A stretch of 63,335 bases of DNA, the filler included, from Chiloscyllium plagiosum (taxonomy: Eukaryota), in the NCBI RefSeq assembly GCF_004010195.1. It is 4 parts of 2 records of this genome, joined end to end, with 100 filler letters (N's around TTAATTAATTAA, not from the genome) between each part and the next. Parts side by side here need not be neighbours in the genome. Positions count along the whole stretch, not along the records: positions 1 to 28,083 come from NC_057711.1; 3 more parts are not named here. One strand, written 5' to 3'. The notes beneath the pieces were generated by a model that saw only the letters and a program-made list of their open reading frames with translations, was not told where the DNA came from and made no database searches. Below, piece by piece: positions 12,531 through 24,479 of this stretch (position 1 is its first letter; each line of letters starts with the position of its first letter). The translations under genes and the position numbers were made by a program.

Positions 12531-13419
12531 AAACTAACCTTCAAGCTCAGCGAGCTAACTTACGGTACTTATCATCAACTTAAGCTACAAATCTTCTCAA
12601 AAATCGCTAAAATTTCCAAAGCTAACCAAAGTCCAACTATATGGTCATGGAGTTATAACACTTAAAATTAAACATATGCTGCAAATGATCTAACACAAGG
12701 GAAATCAGACAATAAAGGACTGATGCGTATTTAATCAAGAATTCTCACTCTTGAGTACATATGCATGTCTTGATTTCAAACATCTTCAACTAGTGAAAAG
12801 AGTATAACTAGTTAATGCCATAGAATAAAAGGTCAAGGAGCATTCTGATAAGGAACAGTTGGTCATGGAACAAACAGTCGAAGGACAATCAGTTAGGACT
12901 CCCTAGACTTGTGGTAGAACTTATGCAAAATGCAAAATCCATCAAAGTTGGTTCTACTGGCATGGTGAACAAACAATAATAACAGATTTGAGTCTGATGT
13001 CAGTTAATGAAATAATTCAAAAGATGTATGTTGAAAAAGAAAATATAATTATCTTCCTGGAAAGAATTTTCAGTAACAATGACAGATCCTATCAAGCAAG
13101 AAGTATGCTACAAGTAGTAGTGAGTATATTGCTTTCAACACTATTGCAACTGCTGAGAGTGAATGGAAGTGTCCAACCTAATCAACACCTAAATTATTGT
13201 GAGCAATATTACAGACAGCTCATACAATATGATGAGCAGTGGTGCAGATTGCCTATGTCATATGAACAATCTTGCCATTGCTCCTCTCATGAGACCTCAT
13301 TGCCCCAATCACAACAAATGATAAACAGCAAGGGAGTAAGCATGGTAGGGGGAGGGGCTGGAGGTAACAAGGGCCTGAGGGGTTGGCAGCAAGACAACCA
13401 ATAAGGATGTGAGTAAGGT

Positions 13420-13725
13420 CCCGAACAAAGTGACTTAAGTGTTAGAAATGGGGCATTGAGCAACGCATTAAAGTCAAATTATTTGAGGAGAAACCTTTTC
13501 ACCCAAAGGATGTTGGGGGTCTAGAACAGGCTGCCTTGGGAGGGTAATTGAGGCAGGAAACCTCATTTCCTTTAACAGGTACCTGGATGAATACTTGAAG
13601 AGTCATAACATTCAAGGCTGTGGGACTAATGAAGGAAAGTGAGTTTAGTGTAGGTCGTTTTGTTTTGGTGGGACAGACTTGATCGGCTGAAGGATCTCTT
13701 CTGTGTAGTATGATTCAATGATTCT
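13420..13725 (+). mobile_element. Old CR1 3' end fragment
   Basis: aggagaaaccttttcacccaaaggatgttgg (RNLFTQR..) plus typical 3' UTR and tgattcaatgattc tail. Confidence 0.75.
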
Positions 13726-14689
13726 TTGATTTTAAATCACAATTGTGATCCTAGGATTCTTAACTGTATCTTGCAGATCAATATGCTGTGAAAACTATAA
13801 CCTTTAACCATAATATTAGGATGTTACAGTCAAATTACACTTCATATAAAGGTTCGGTGCATCAATAAAAATAATTGAAAATATGCATATGAAAAATGTA
13901 CATGTTATTATTGGTGTATTGTTGAAATATGTTTATAATGCTTATTATTACAGATGGTCCAGTCTTTGATGCAGACAACTACCTGCAGTGTCATTGACAT
14001 TGATGTCACTGGCACATACTGTCATTGTGTGTGTAGTGTGTGTGTGTTTTGTGCAGTTGCCGTGACAATATACATAACCAAAAGGAAAACTATATTTGCT
14101 CAGCAAAATTTTCCCACTTGCTCATTATTAATTTCTATCCAGTTTAGCATATAGCAGAAATCTTATTTGATGTAATTTATTTCTTGATTGAAGTCAGTAT
14201 TAACTAAAATGAAACGTCAATTTAAGAGTTCATGACTTAATCCAAACTCTTGCTTACAATAAAGCCTTGCTTTTCACTCCTTCCTTTTCACTACACTAGT
14301 AACTTTGTTTAGTAGTGTATATAGAAGCATTAAAACAGTCTCGAAAGCGATTCCATCTTGTTGATGTATGGCAATTGAAGCTTAATAAGACGAAAGAAAG
14401 GTCCAGGTTAAAAAGAAGAAACTAGCTCAAAATAAATTGATCTAGCTTCAAGAAAGATCATGAGAAACTCATCAAAGATTGTCTTAAAAGAACTTTAGTT
14501 CATTGATCATTAAAGAGTAGCTAAAACTAGATTATCTCTGTGGGGGCATCAGAAGGTCACCTATCATTACAATCCAACTGGGCATTTTGCCCAGCTCAGC
14601 AACATTCAATGGATGATGAGTAGCACTTTATCTCAGCACAACCTTTGAAAGCTAGGCTGGTTTCACTTACTGCATGCAGTTCAAAGCTA

Positions 14690-15200
14690 ATTGTAGAATT
14701 ACAGTACTGAATCTGCTCCACCACCTTCTTAAGCAGTGAATTCCAGATCTTTACAACACAATATGCAAAAAAAAACAAAGTGTCATCCCCTCTGGCTTTA
14801 TTGACTATCATAACTTTGTATTATTTTAAATTACTGACCTTCCTGCAGAAATACCCTTTCTCGTCATCATTTTGAACATGTCTATTCAAATCTCCCTTTG
14901 ACCTTCTTTGCTTCTTTCATCTCTCTATATAATTAATACCCTCATTATTTAAAAGTCATGTACAGTTAAATCTCTTTTGCACTCTCTCGAATGTTTGATG
15001 TCCTTTCAAATGGTATAGAGTCCAGAATTGTACACAATATTCTAATTGAGGACTCTGATTAACAAAAGTATCTCTTTACATCCTGGCTTTAGTTCTTTAT
15101 ACCGATGTTTTTATTTGCTCCGCCAGTTTAAAGATTTCTGACTTTGAATTGCTAATTCTCTCTGATCCTGTGCCCCATTTAAGATTAGATTATTTAGCTT
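14690..15200 (-). mobile_element. Highly degenerate CR1 3' fragment
   Basis: Minus ORF with FFFAYCVVKIWNSL; ccagaattgtacacaatattc = EYCVQFW on the minus strand. Confidence 0.6.
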
Positions 15201-15946
15201 ATGATCTTTCTTCATTCATTCAACATGTCATATACTGTGTTGTAAATAGTTAACTATATATGCTACATATATGGTTTAATAAAATGGACTGCATAGTTAC
15301 AAAGCTGTGCAGTGAATCAGCAGTATGTTGTTCTAAAGTTAACTGGAATGGTATGCTGAACCTGTTCTGGGGACAATGTTGTGAGCAAATTATATACTAG
15401 AAATTGAGTTCACTCAAATCAGCCAATTTCTCTAACATACAAAACACTTTAGTCAGCTAAAATTAGCCCTCTTCGGGGATTGCTATTATACAGACACAAG
15501 AGAACATGCACACTATTAAGAATGAAGTAACTGTTGTATGCGACATTTCATACCAAAAAAAGGTGAACTGGCATAAGATAAGCTGTACCCTTCAGAATAT
15601 AAAGGACTGTTCTTTGGAGGAGTTAACCAGTTGTAAGATTAGTTTCTAAGTGCTGAGTCCATTGCAGCTAAACAGTAATATGCATTCACAGGTCCAACCT
15701 GAAGTCTAACAGGATATTCTCACTTAACTTCAATATAATGTGACTAGCTGTTAAGTACTATATGGTAATAAACATACTCCAAACTACTTTTTTGCCATAA
15801 AGTTCAAGTGGGCATCCTTTTTCATTTGATATCAGCAAGGTCAACATTGATTTCTAAAGGAGAAATCATGTTTAAAGGCTCAATACTGGTAGCACTGTTG
15901 ATTTGATATACATGGATTTCCGTGATGTATTTGATACAGTATCTAT

Positions 15947-16357
15947 TAAGGCTATACATGGCTGAAGCAGTATAAAATGGCTGAAAGTGGTTCTCAGTTA
16001 ACATAAAATGGCTGAGGAAGATTTTCAGCTGAAGCAGCAACTTCCGTAATCTGATGTTTGAAGTTGAACTATAGCTGGAGCAATTGTAGTCTTCAGATGG
16101 AACAGAAACAATCTTTTGAAATGCATACAAAAGAGTCCTGTTGAATAAAAAATGAAAATGCAGCCGCTGCTTGTACAGAGACAGTTTGTTACCTTGAATA
16201 TACTCTAAGAAGGCTACAATTGTTCTAGCTTATTTTTTAACTTCAAAAAACAGACTATGAAAGCTGTTGTTTCAGATAAACACCCTTTTCAGCTATTTAA
16301 TGTCAATGGAGAACCACTTTCAGCTGTTTAATGCTGCTTCAACCATGGGCAGCCCTA
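15947..16357. mobile_element. Old MITE-like element with ~150-bp imperfect terminal inverted repeats (possibly hAT-derived)
   Basis: ~15947-16097 is the approximate reverse complement of ~16205-16357; termini TAAGGCT.. / ..CAGCCCTA. Confidence 0.6.
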
Positions 16358-16484
16358 ACATTGCCCCCTGTTGGTCAGGGTTGGTTAGGAAAAAAGCCCT
16401 TTAACCAAAGCTACTGCTACTTTTGTCAGCATGTTCTGTTGTTCCCTTACTGTGTCAGGGTCAGTACTAGTTGTACTCTCACCA

Positions 16485-16680
16485 GTCCAAAGGTGTGCAG
16501 TTTAAGTGAAGTGATCTTGTTAAATTGCCCAAAGTGTTCAGGGGTGTGTAGGTTAGGTGCATTAGTCAGGGGTAAAAGTAGAGTAATAGGGTAGGGGAAT
16601 GGGTCTGGGTAGGTTACTCTTCAGAGGTTAGGTGTGGACTTGTTGGACCAAATGGCCTGTTTCCACACTGTGGAATCCTA
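16485..16680 (+). mobile_element. HE1-type SINE, 5'-truncated
   Basis: Matches the 3' half of the full copies (taaattgccc..., ggcctgtttccacactg). Confidence 0.8.
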
Positions 16681-16697
16681 TACTACTAAGGGATTAT

Positions 16698-16792
16698 GAT
16701 TCCTGATGAAGGACTTTTAAAAATCATTGTTTTTCCTGTTCTTCGGATGCTGACTGACCTGCTGTGCTTTTCCAACACCACACTCTCAACTC
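16698..16792 (+). mobile_element. PLE terminal-repeat fragment with decayed HHR
   Basis: tcctgatgaaggac...cggatgctgactgacctgctgtgcttttccaacaccacactctc, same family as 10118-10213. Confidence 0.75.
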
Positions 16793-18002
16793 CAATTCCA
16801 AAATCCTTGATTGTTCAAATCTAATTTTTTTTTTCTTTTTTGTTTGCAATTTTGCTCACTCTTTCAATATGTTCTACTTGCTTTAAGATTGGTTTTTCTA
16901 GGGAACAGTTGCCATTGCCTTGTCAATTAAGATATTTTCTCACTTTACTGGCCACATTAACCATTTCATTCCAAGTAGTGCACGTTACTGAAGCCCATTC
17001 TTAGATGCAACATTTCCCATCTTGGGCCAGTCTTTTTGGACTAGTATCAGAATATCATTGGACATGAACATGGTAATAAAATGCCATTCTATTCTGGCCT
17101 CTCAGATGATTTTGTCAAAAGATCTGTGAGATTTTATTAATTCTCCTTGTACGGTCACGGTGCTTCAGGTGGTGGCTTGATTGTCACATTCAGTTCTTCT
17201 AAAAGGAGAGACAAGGACACAAACATCACCAAGAGAACGTTTCCAGTTCAATGTTCTTATCTAAACTTCCTTTCAGTAGAATGCAATTGACATAAAGACA
17301 CATTATTGTAATTTTGTTGGCTGCAAGGCTTCTTCTGCCACCATTCCTCAACCTCTAATCACTTCCTCTCATCCAATTTTGCAATTCAACTAATTACTTT
17401 CTTATCTCTTTCCTGAGCACTGGAGAGATTTACAGTCTAATCAAATATTCTCATAATAATCTTAAAACAGAAGTCTAACATTTCTGTTTGATTCCAAGCA
17501 ATAACATACTTTGTTCATTCTTTCGTTGGACAACCTTTTTTTTCGAAAAGGTGTTACTTGATAAATCACTCTGACTATGTAGCATAACTAAACATTTGTC
17601 CAAATTCAGTATTTCATTTATTTCTCTGTCCAACAAAACAACTGTGTGCATACATTTTTATTAGTTTGAAGAATCTTTTCAAATTTCAGGTGACAGTTCC
17701 CTTTAATATTTTGGTGTACTATCCATTGTGAGACTTAATAAACTTTTGTATTATTATGTGCTCTAATGTGTATGGGCTTAATGATTTTGAAGTAACTGAC
17801 ACTTAACCCATTTAATGTTTTCATAGTAGTTCTCGGATACTGGTACATTTTTAGTAAATGGCTCGATGGGTTAAGGGTTACTCATTAACCAATGTGTTGT
17901 GTCTTTGAAATCTGCAGAAAAATTCAAAAACTTGGAGCTCTTCGAAAAATCTTCTGTGTCTGCAGTGCTCTGAAATACAACAGTTTCCATCAATCCCAAT
18001 AT

Positions 18003-18568
18003 AGGAGCAAATTACTGCAGATCCTGGAATCTGTACAGAAAACAGAGAAAGCTAACATTTTGAGTCCAGATGACTTTTAATCAGAGCTGAATTTAAGTGT
18101 GGAGGGGGTAGGATTGATGCTATAGATGGGGGAGGTGGAGCAATGTGGCAGTGGTTGGGTGTAGATTGCTGGTGGAAAACAGATGTTGAGAGTTCAGATT
18201 AAGTGATCAGAATGTGAAAATGGCGGAACAATGGTGTGTCTAACTGCTGGACTTGAAAGAGAAGACAGCCCCACTGTGATGGAAGGAGAGGAGAAATGAC
18301 ATGGTGACAGAGAATGCAATAAGCTAAAAGAAAGGGAAGAAATTGGAGTTGGTTCACAATGTGAAGATGTTGAACTCAATGTTAAGTCCAGAAGGCTGTA
18401 AAGTGCCTAGTTGGAAGAGGAGATGGTGATCCTCCAGTTTGTACTGTGATGCACTGGAGCACTGCAGAATGCCGAGGACAAACAAAAAGCAATGTAAATA
18501 GGATACTATGTTAAAATGACTGACTACAGGAAGGTAGGGGGTCATGTTTACGCCAGACTGGCGGTGTT
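18003..18568 (-). mobile_element. Old Neptune-type PLE 3' fragment with decayed HHR
   Basis: Minus ORF KLEDHHLLFQLGTLQPSGLNIEFN; minus-strand ctgattaaaagtcatctggactcaaaatgttagc. Confidence 0.75.
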
Positions 18569-18570
18569 TT

Positions 18571-18878
18571 TAGATTAGATTACAGTGTGGAAACAGGCCC
18601 TTCAGCCCAACAAGTCCACACCGACCCGCCGAAGCGAAACCCACCCATACCCCTACATTTACCCCTTACCTAACGCTACGGGCAATTTAGTATGGCCAAT
18701 TCACCTGACCCTGCACATCTTTGGACTATGGGAGGAAACCGGAGCACCCGGAGGAAACCCACGCAGACACGGGGAGAACGTGCAAACTCCACACAGTCAG
18801 TCGCCTGAGGCGGGAATTGAACCCGGGTCTCTGGCGCTGTGAGGCAGCAGTGCTAACCACTGTGCCACCATGCCGCCC
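18571..18878 (-). mobile_element. HE1-type tRNA-derived SINE, full length
   Basis: Minus-strand A box tggcacagtggttagc, B box ggttcaattcc, body tgtggagtttgcacgttctcccc, (taatc)n tail. Confidence 0.92.
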
Positions 18879-18899
18879 AATTGCTGGTTGATTCCGAGC

Positions 18900-19385
18900 A
18901 AAGACGACAACGGAGTCCGCTCCTCCTAGCGATCAGAGGCCGCAGAGGCGGAAACAAAGGCAACTTGTCCTGGCAATCGGTGGCGGCATCAGAGGTGGCA
19001 TGTTCTGGTGGTCAGTGCAGCATTCAATGGTAGCAAAAGCGATCAGTGCACAGCCCAACAGGAGGCTGATTGAAACGCTAGGCCCAGGGAGATAAGAAAT
19101 GCTGCCTGCTCTGCTGTGCTTTTCCAACAACACACTTTCAACACAGGGAGATAAGATTTAATAATGTGGATGTTTTTCCTTTTCATTTGGATGAGGACTT
19201 TAAGATCTGAATGTTTTTCTTTCTCTTTTGGCTCTGTATCTTTTATTTTTCTCTTTTTTTAAAACATTCTGATTTTGTATTTTGTACTTTAAGATGGTGT
19301 AGAATGGTGACTGCATACTTTTCACTGTACTCTTGTACTCCTGCATTTGAGCATACATAACAATAAAATCTAATTCTAATTCTGA
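18900..19385 (+). mobile_element. Unclassified retroposon 3' end
   Basis: Ends in caataaaatctaattctaattct tandem tail; carries a PLE-repeat fragment at ~19098-19143. Confidence 0.4.
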
Positions 19386-20984
19386 TATCCTTTCTCAATT
19401 TGACAGAGAAAGATAGAGAAGAAATAGTAAGGGAATTTGGAAAATGCTGACATGGTGTTTTTAATAAGGAATATTTTGTTCATAAAACCGAGTTGTCCCT
19501 TTCTCAGCCTCACTGACAAGAACACTTGGGTAAAGTGTTTTCAATACATGGACTGGTTGAAATGTCCAAAGCATGAACGACACAAATCTCACAGAGAGAC
19601 AGCAGAAATGGTGCAATGACATTTGTATTGCTAAGAAAGAAAAGTTGTGAAAGCAGCTAAGAAGAAGGGGAAAAGATATAAATATGAAGTCTTTTCCTCC
19701 ATCTTGGAAAATTAAAAATCCTGAATTTCTCTATTTTAAAACATTTCCATGATCTTTAAACCTTGAAAATAATTTATTTCCAGCAGAATTATAAGATGAT
19801 AATTCTGAAACTTAGCTTCCATGCCCAAATTCAAGCCAGAGTATTTAATGACAAGTGAATTACTTTCTTTTTAACCGGATGCTGTGATGGTCATTGCTAT
19901 AATGGAAAACAGTGTTATCAGCTGAATCTTACAGGTTTTTGGTGAAGTGTCAGTTTGTCATGTTTCATGAAGGCTTTCTCTATAAAGCTTCAATATATCT
20001 CTCACTGCACCTTTCTAAACTTTCCCCACATCTAAAACATCTTGCTTGCCTCATTCTACCCCAATTCTACCACTCTCTATGATGAGAACAATGTACCACT
20101 GCTGGGATGTCCTGGAATCAATTAGCATTCCTGCATCATCTTTCAAAGGTGTTTGTAGATACAGACAAGCATTCACAATGTGGAGCTCCCCAGCACGATT
20201 CCTAGCATTTGCCTCAAACATGGCAAAGAAAAGAAAATTGGCCCGTCACTTTGTAGACAGACACGAGGACTTCCTGGTGGACAGGGTGGTGCAGAGACAG
20301 GTTATCATCATTTCTGAGGGTCTTCAGAGAAGACCATGTTATCAGACCATACCAGCCCAGTTGGAGGTTGCCTTCTGGTTTCATGTAGTTTTAGTCATCT
20401 GAAATAGTGCCAGAAATATGTGTTACTATCTTCTCTCTGATCTTTCTCTCTCTCGCTCTCTCACAGCACCTACCTGCCACCGAGGCTTATGCTCTACCAC
20501 TCTCTGTATTGCCTGTAACATCATCTCCACTTGCTCTAACATAACTCAACCCCAGACACTTTTAACCCTGCATGCCCTCATTTGGAAAAATTCACCACTT
20601 ACAACAAGCCTGCTTTCATCTATCCTAAGAAGTGGCCCTCAACCCAGGAGAAAAACTTCCCACAACTCAGCAGTAGGAGGTCAAGAGGGGTAATGGGTTG
20701 TTCAATGTTCAGCTCCTTACCTGTTCGGAGTAAGGACACTGACTGCCCCAAGCGACTGATCGTGCCAAGCCCTGGACTGGTATCAGATTCTGCGCTTGAA
20801 TTAATTTTGGAGGTTGGGACCCCTTGAATGAAGGCTAACCTTTTAACACAGAAGAACTGGGAGTCTGTATCTCTGGCTGAGGGTCAAGATGTTAAGAGGC
20901 AAATCAAAACAAGGCGCATAATTTGAGAGTCTCCAGATAGCACTCACTCACTTTGAGCCTAAGAGAGAAAACAATTTGGCTGCA

Positions 20985-22571
20985 AGGTGGATAAATCCCC
21001 AGGACCTGATCAGGTGTACCCGAGAACTCTGTGGGAAGCTAGAGAAGAGTTTGCTGGGCCACTTACTGAGATATTTGCATCATCGATAGTCACAGGTGAG
21101 ATGCAGGAAGTCTGGAGGTTGGCAAACATGGTGCCACTGTTTAAGAAGGGTGGTAAAGACAAGCCAGGGAACTATAGACAGTGAGCCTGACCTCAATAGG
21201 GGGCAAGTTGTTGGAGGGAATCCTGAGGGACAGGATGTACATGTACTTGGAAAGGCAAGGACTGATTCGGGATAGTCAACATGGCTTTGTGTGTGGGAAA
21301 TCATGTCTCACAAACTTGATGGAGTTTTTCTGAAGAAGTAACAAAGAAGGTTAATGAGAGCAGAGCAGTAGATGTGATCTATATAGACTTCAGTAAGGCA
21401 TTCGACAAAGTTCCCCATGGGAGACTGATTAGCAAGGTTAGATCTCATGGAATACATGGAGAACTAGCAATTTGGATACAGAACTGGCTCAAAGGTAGAA
21501 GATAGAGGGTGGTGGTGGAGGGTTGTTTTTCAGACTGGAGGCCTGTGACCAGTGGAGTGCCACAAGGATCGGTGCTGGGTCCTCTACTTCTTGTCATTTA
21601 CATAAATGATTTGGATGCGAGTATAAGAGGTACAGTTAGTAAGTTTGCAAATGACACCAAAATTGGAGGTGTAGTGGACAGCGAAGAGGGTTACTTCAGA
21701 TTACAAACAGGATCTTGACCAGATGGGCCAATGTGCTGAGAAGTGGCAGATGGAGTTTAATTCAGATAAATGCAAGGTGCTGCATTTTGGGAAAGCAAAT
21801 CTTAGCAGGACTTATACACTTAATGGTAAGGTCCTAGGGAGTGTTGCTGAACAAAGAGACCTTGGAGTGCAGGTTCATAGCTCCTTGAAAGTGGAGTTGC
21901 AGGTAGATAGGATGGTGAAGAAGGCATTTGGTATGCTTTCCTTTATTGGTCAGAGTATTGAGTACAGGAGTTGGGAGGTCATGTTGCAGTATACAAGACA
22001 TTGGTTAGGCCACTGTTGGAATAATGCGTACAATTCTGGTCTTCTTCCTATTGGAAAGATGTTGTGAAACGTGAAAGGGTTCAGAAAAGATTTACAAGGA
22101 TGTTGTCGGGATTGGAGGATATGAGCTATAGGGAGAGGCTGAACAGGCTGGGGCTGTTTTCCCTGGAGCATCGGAGGCTGAGGGGTGACTTTATAGAGGT
22201 TTACAAAATTGTGAGGGGCATGGATAGGATAAATAGACAAAGTCTTTTCCCTGGTATCAGGGAGTCCAGAACAAAAGTGCATAGGTTGAGGGTGAGAGGG
22301 GAAAGATATAAAAGAGACCTAAGGAGAAACTTTTTCACACAGAGGGCGGTACGTGTGTGGAATAAGCTGCCAGAGGATGTGGTGGAGGCTGGTACAATTG
22401 TAACATTTAAGAGGCATTTGGATGGGTATATGAATAGGAAGGGTTTGGAGGGATATGGGTCAGGTGCTGGAAGTGGGACTAGATTGGGTTGGGATATCTG
22501 GTCAGCATGGACGGGTTGGACTGAAGGGTCTGTTTCCATGCTGTACACCTCTATGACTCTACGACTCTATG
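20985..22571 (+). mobile_element. CR1 LINE (HER1-like), 5'-truncated RT with 3' tail
   Basis: DKSPGPD, PGNYR, DFSKAFDKVPH, GVPQGSVLGP, KFANDTK; tail ctatgactctacgactctatg. Confidence 0.95.
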
Positions 22572-23998
22572 TCCTGGGGAGAAAAGTGTCCTTGCTGCAG
22601 CAACATAATGATAGTTACCATAATTACCCTACCCTGTCCGAGGGGCAGCATTGAAGTAGAGAAGGACTGCAAGTGGATTGGAGATGTACCTTGAGAGCTC
22701 TTAAAAGGTTGGTACATGGGACATGATTGTTGATGGGCCTAAGGTAAATATCATCAGTTCCCTCGGAGCAAACCCTGAGATGCAATTGCTTGGTGCCCAA
22801 CATGGAGTCTCTTCATGCAGCCAACAGTGAATTAAAGTTGGCAAGTTCCTGCTCTGACTTCCACATCACGAATTATCAACATCTAGTTTGCTTGTGGCAG
22901 ATGGTCAGATAGGAAGTTTGATATGAATGACACAAGATTTGAAGTTAATAATGTCTTTAACAAGCAATAATCTCCCCTAATATGGCAAATTGCTGCTGAC
23001 TAGTGAGAAGCTCGCTTCGACATTCAGAAGTTAGTTGAAAAACACAACAAGTTGCTCTTGACGCTGCAAAAGTCTTCATTGGACTTTTCATGCAATTCCT
23101 TATCACAGGCCATATTATTCAGTACTCAGTAAGATTCCAACGTGTGTGCTTTTCTCATTTCTGGCTTGCAGTACACTGCCAATGGGTCAAGTTCATTTAA
23201 CAAGCAACCAGAGTCTTCGAGCTGAGTATTTACTGAGGTCTATTCTGCTGAAAGCCAGACTGAAAGCCTATTATATTTGTAGTCACGTATGGGAATTTAA
23301 GTTCTCATCCAACACAGAGAAATCATTCAACAATAATCTAACTGTTATCAATATCTCAGAGTAAGCATTAAAAATGTAATGGAATTTCTATTTTATGGTT
23401 GAAATCCAACAGGTCTTACTGTCAGTCACAATAACCTGTGCATCTTTTCTAAATCATTGTCTATTGTCCTTGTTACAATGTGGAAAAATCAATGCAGTTA
23501 TGATTCCAGCTGATGGTACCACAGGACAAGTTAGATCCTAGAATTAAATCTGTCTTGATAGATTTTTTTCTTCTTGTGGTAAATGTAACTTCTTTCAATG
23601 AAACATAAGCACACAATGCTGCATATCTGGTTTTGTCAATAAATTAACAGTTTATGAAGCAGTAAAAACAAAATAAACAAAATCAATCTATTTAAATATA
23701 ACACAGATTAAACAATTTCAAAATACATAGCAAAGTAAAATGTAATTTATTACTTAACTCCATTACTTTACAGTTAATCAAGTTCAGAGACTTTTTTTTC
23801 TTCCCTGTTTGAATTAAGTATTTATTTCAGTTTCTGGCTCATGAGCCATGAGGCCTTTTCTTTGAATACTCACATAGCTAAGAGTTTAGAGCTTCCTAGA
23901 CTTTTAATAATCTGCAGAAATTTAGCCACATACTGTTGATCTACAAGTTTCACATCCTATATTCTTTCACTGCGGTAACTTATTTTCTTATCTTACCG

Positions 23999-24312
23999 TG
24001 GGGTGGCACATTGGTTAGCACTGCTGCCTTACAGCGTCGGGGACCCAGGTTCGATCCCAGCTTCGGGTGACTGCCTTGTGTGGAGTTTGCACATTCTCCC
24101 CGTGTCTGCGTAGGTTTCCTTCGGGTGCTCCGGTTTCCTCCCACAGTCCAAAGATGTGCAGGTTAGGTGATTTGGCCATACTAAATTGCCCATAGTATTA
24201 GGTGCATTAGTTAGAGAGAAATAGATCTGGGTGAGTTACTCTTCAGAGGGTCAGTGTGGACTTGTTGAGCTGAAGGGCCTATTTCCACATTATAGGGAAT
24301 CTAATCTAATCT
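23999..24312 (+). mobile_element. HE1-type SINE
   Basis: B box ggttcgatccc, conserved body, aatctaatctaatct tail. Confidence 0.9.
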
Positions 24313-24479
24313 GTCTGAACAATCTCCTGTTTGAGGAGACTACATTGGCCTTTCACTCCAGTCAGGTGTCCTTTGAAATGAAGCCAAAAAATTTTGAAGT
24401 AATTGTTTGAAAAGCTTGTTCATCACTGATTGTGCTACCCAATGTATTATCTTTCTTTTTGTAAACCTCGACAGTATAA

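Larger units (their letters stand above)
9102..12610 (+). mobile_element. Penelope-like element (Penelope/Poseidon type): inverted 5' pseudo-LTR arm, decayed RT + GIY-YIG ORF, HHR-bearing 3' repeat
   Basis: ILPADKG at ~10830; VSFDITAL at 11251; NVIYKISCKNCKTHYIGQTSREL at ~12095; 10216-10799 is the reverse complement of ~11947-12536; 9102-9127 matches the reverse complement of 12538-12563 at 25/26. Confidence 0.92.

Noticed and set aside
12988..13404. 138-aa ORF
   Set aside because: Non-ATG start, no recognisable domain or splice context; probably chance.
17040..17630. Possible minus-strand coding exons
   Set aside because: Acceptor-like sites exist but frames close quickly and no coherent gene model emerges.
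18571..18878. HE1 heads (here and in other copies) as tRNA genes
   Set aside because: A/B boxes run into a SINE body and LINE-like tail; no complete cloverleaf.
20046..20960. Possible Harbinger-like remnant or 118-aa ORF
   Set aside because: Too degenerate; no transposase motif or TIR could be verified by eye.
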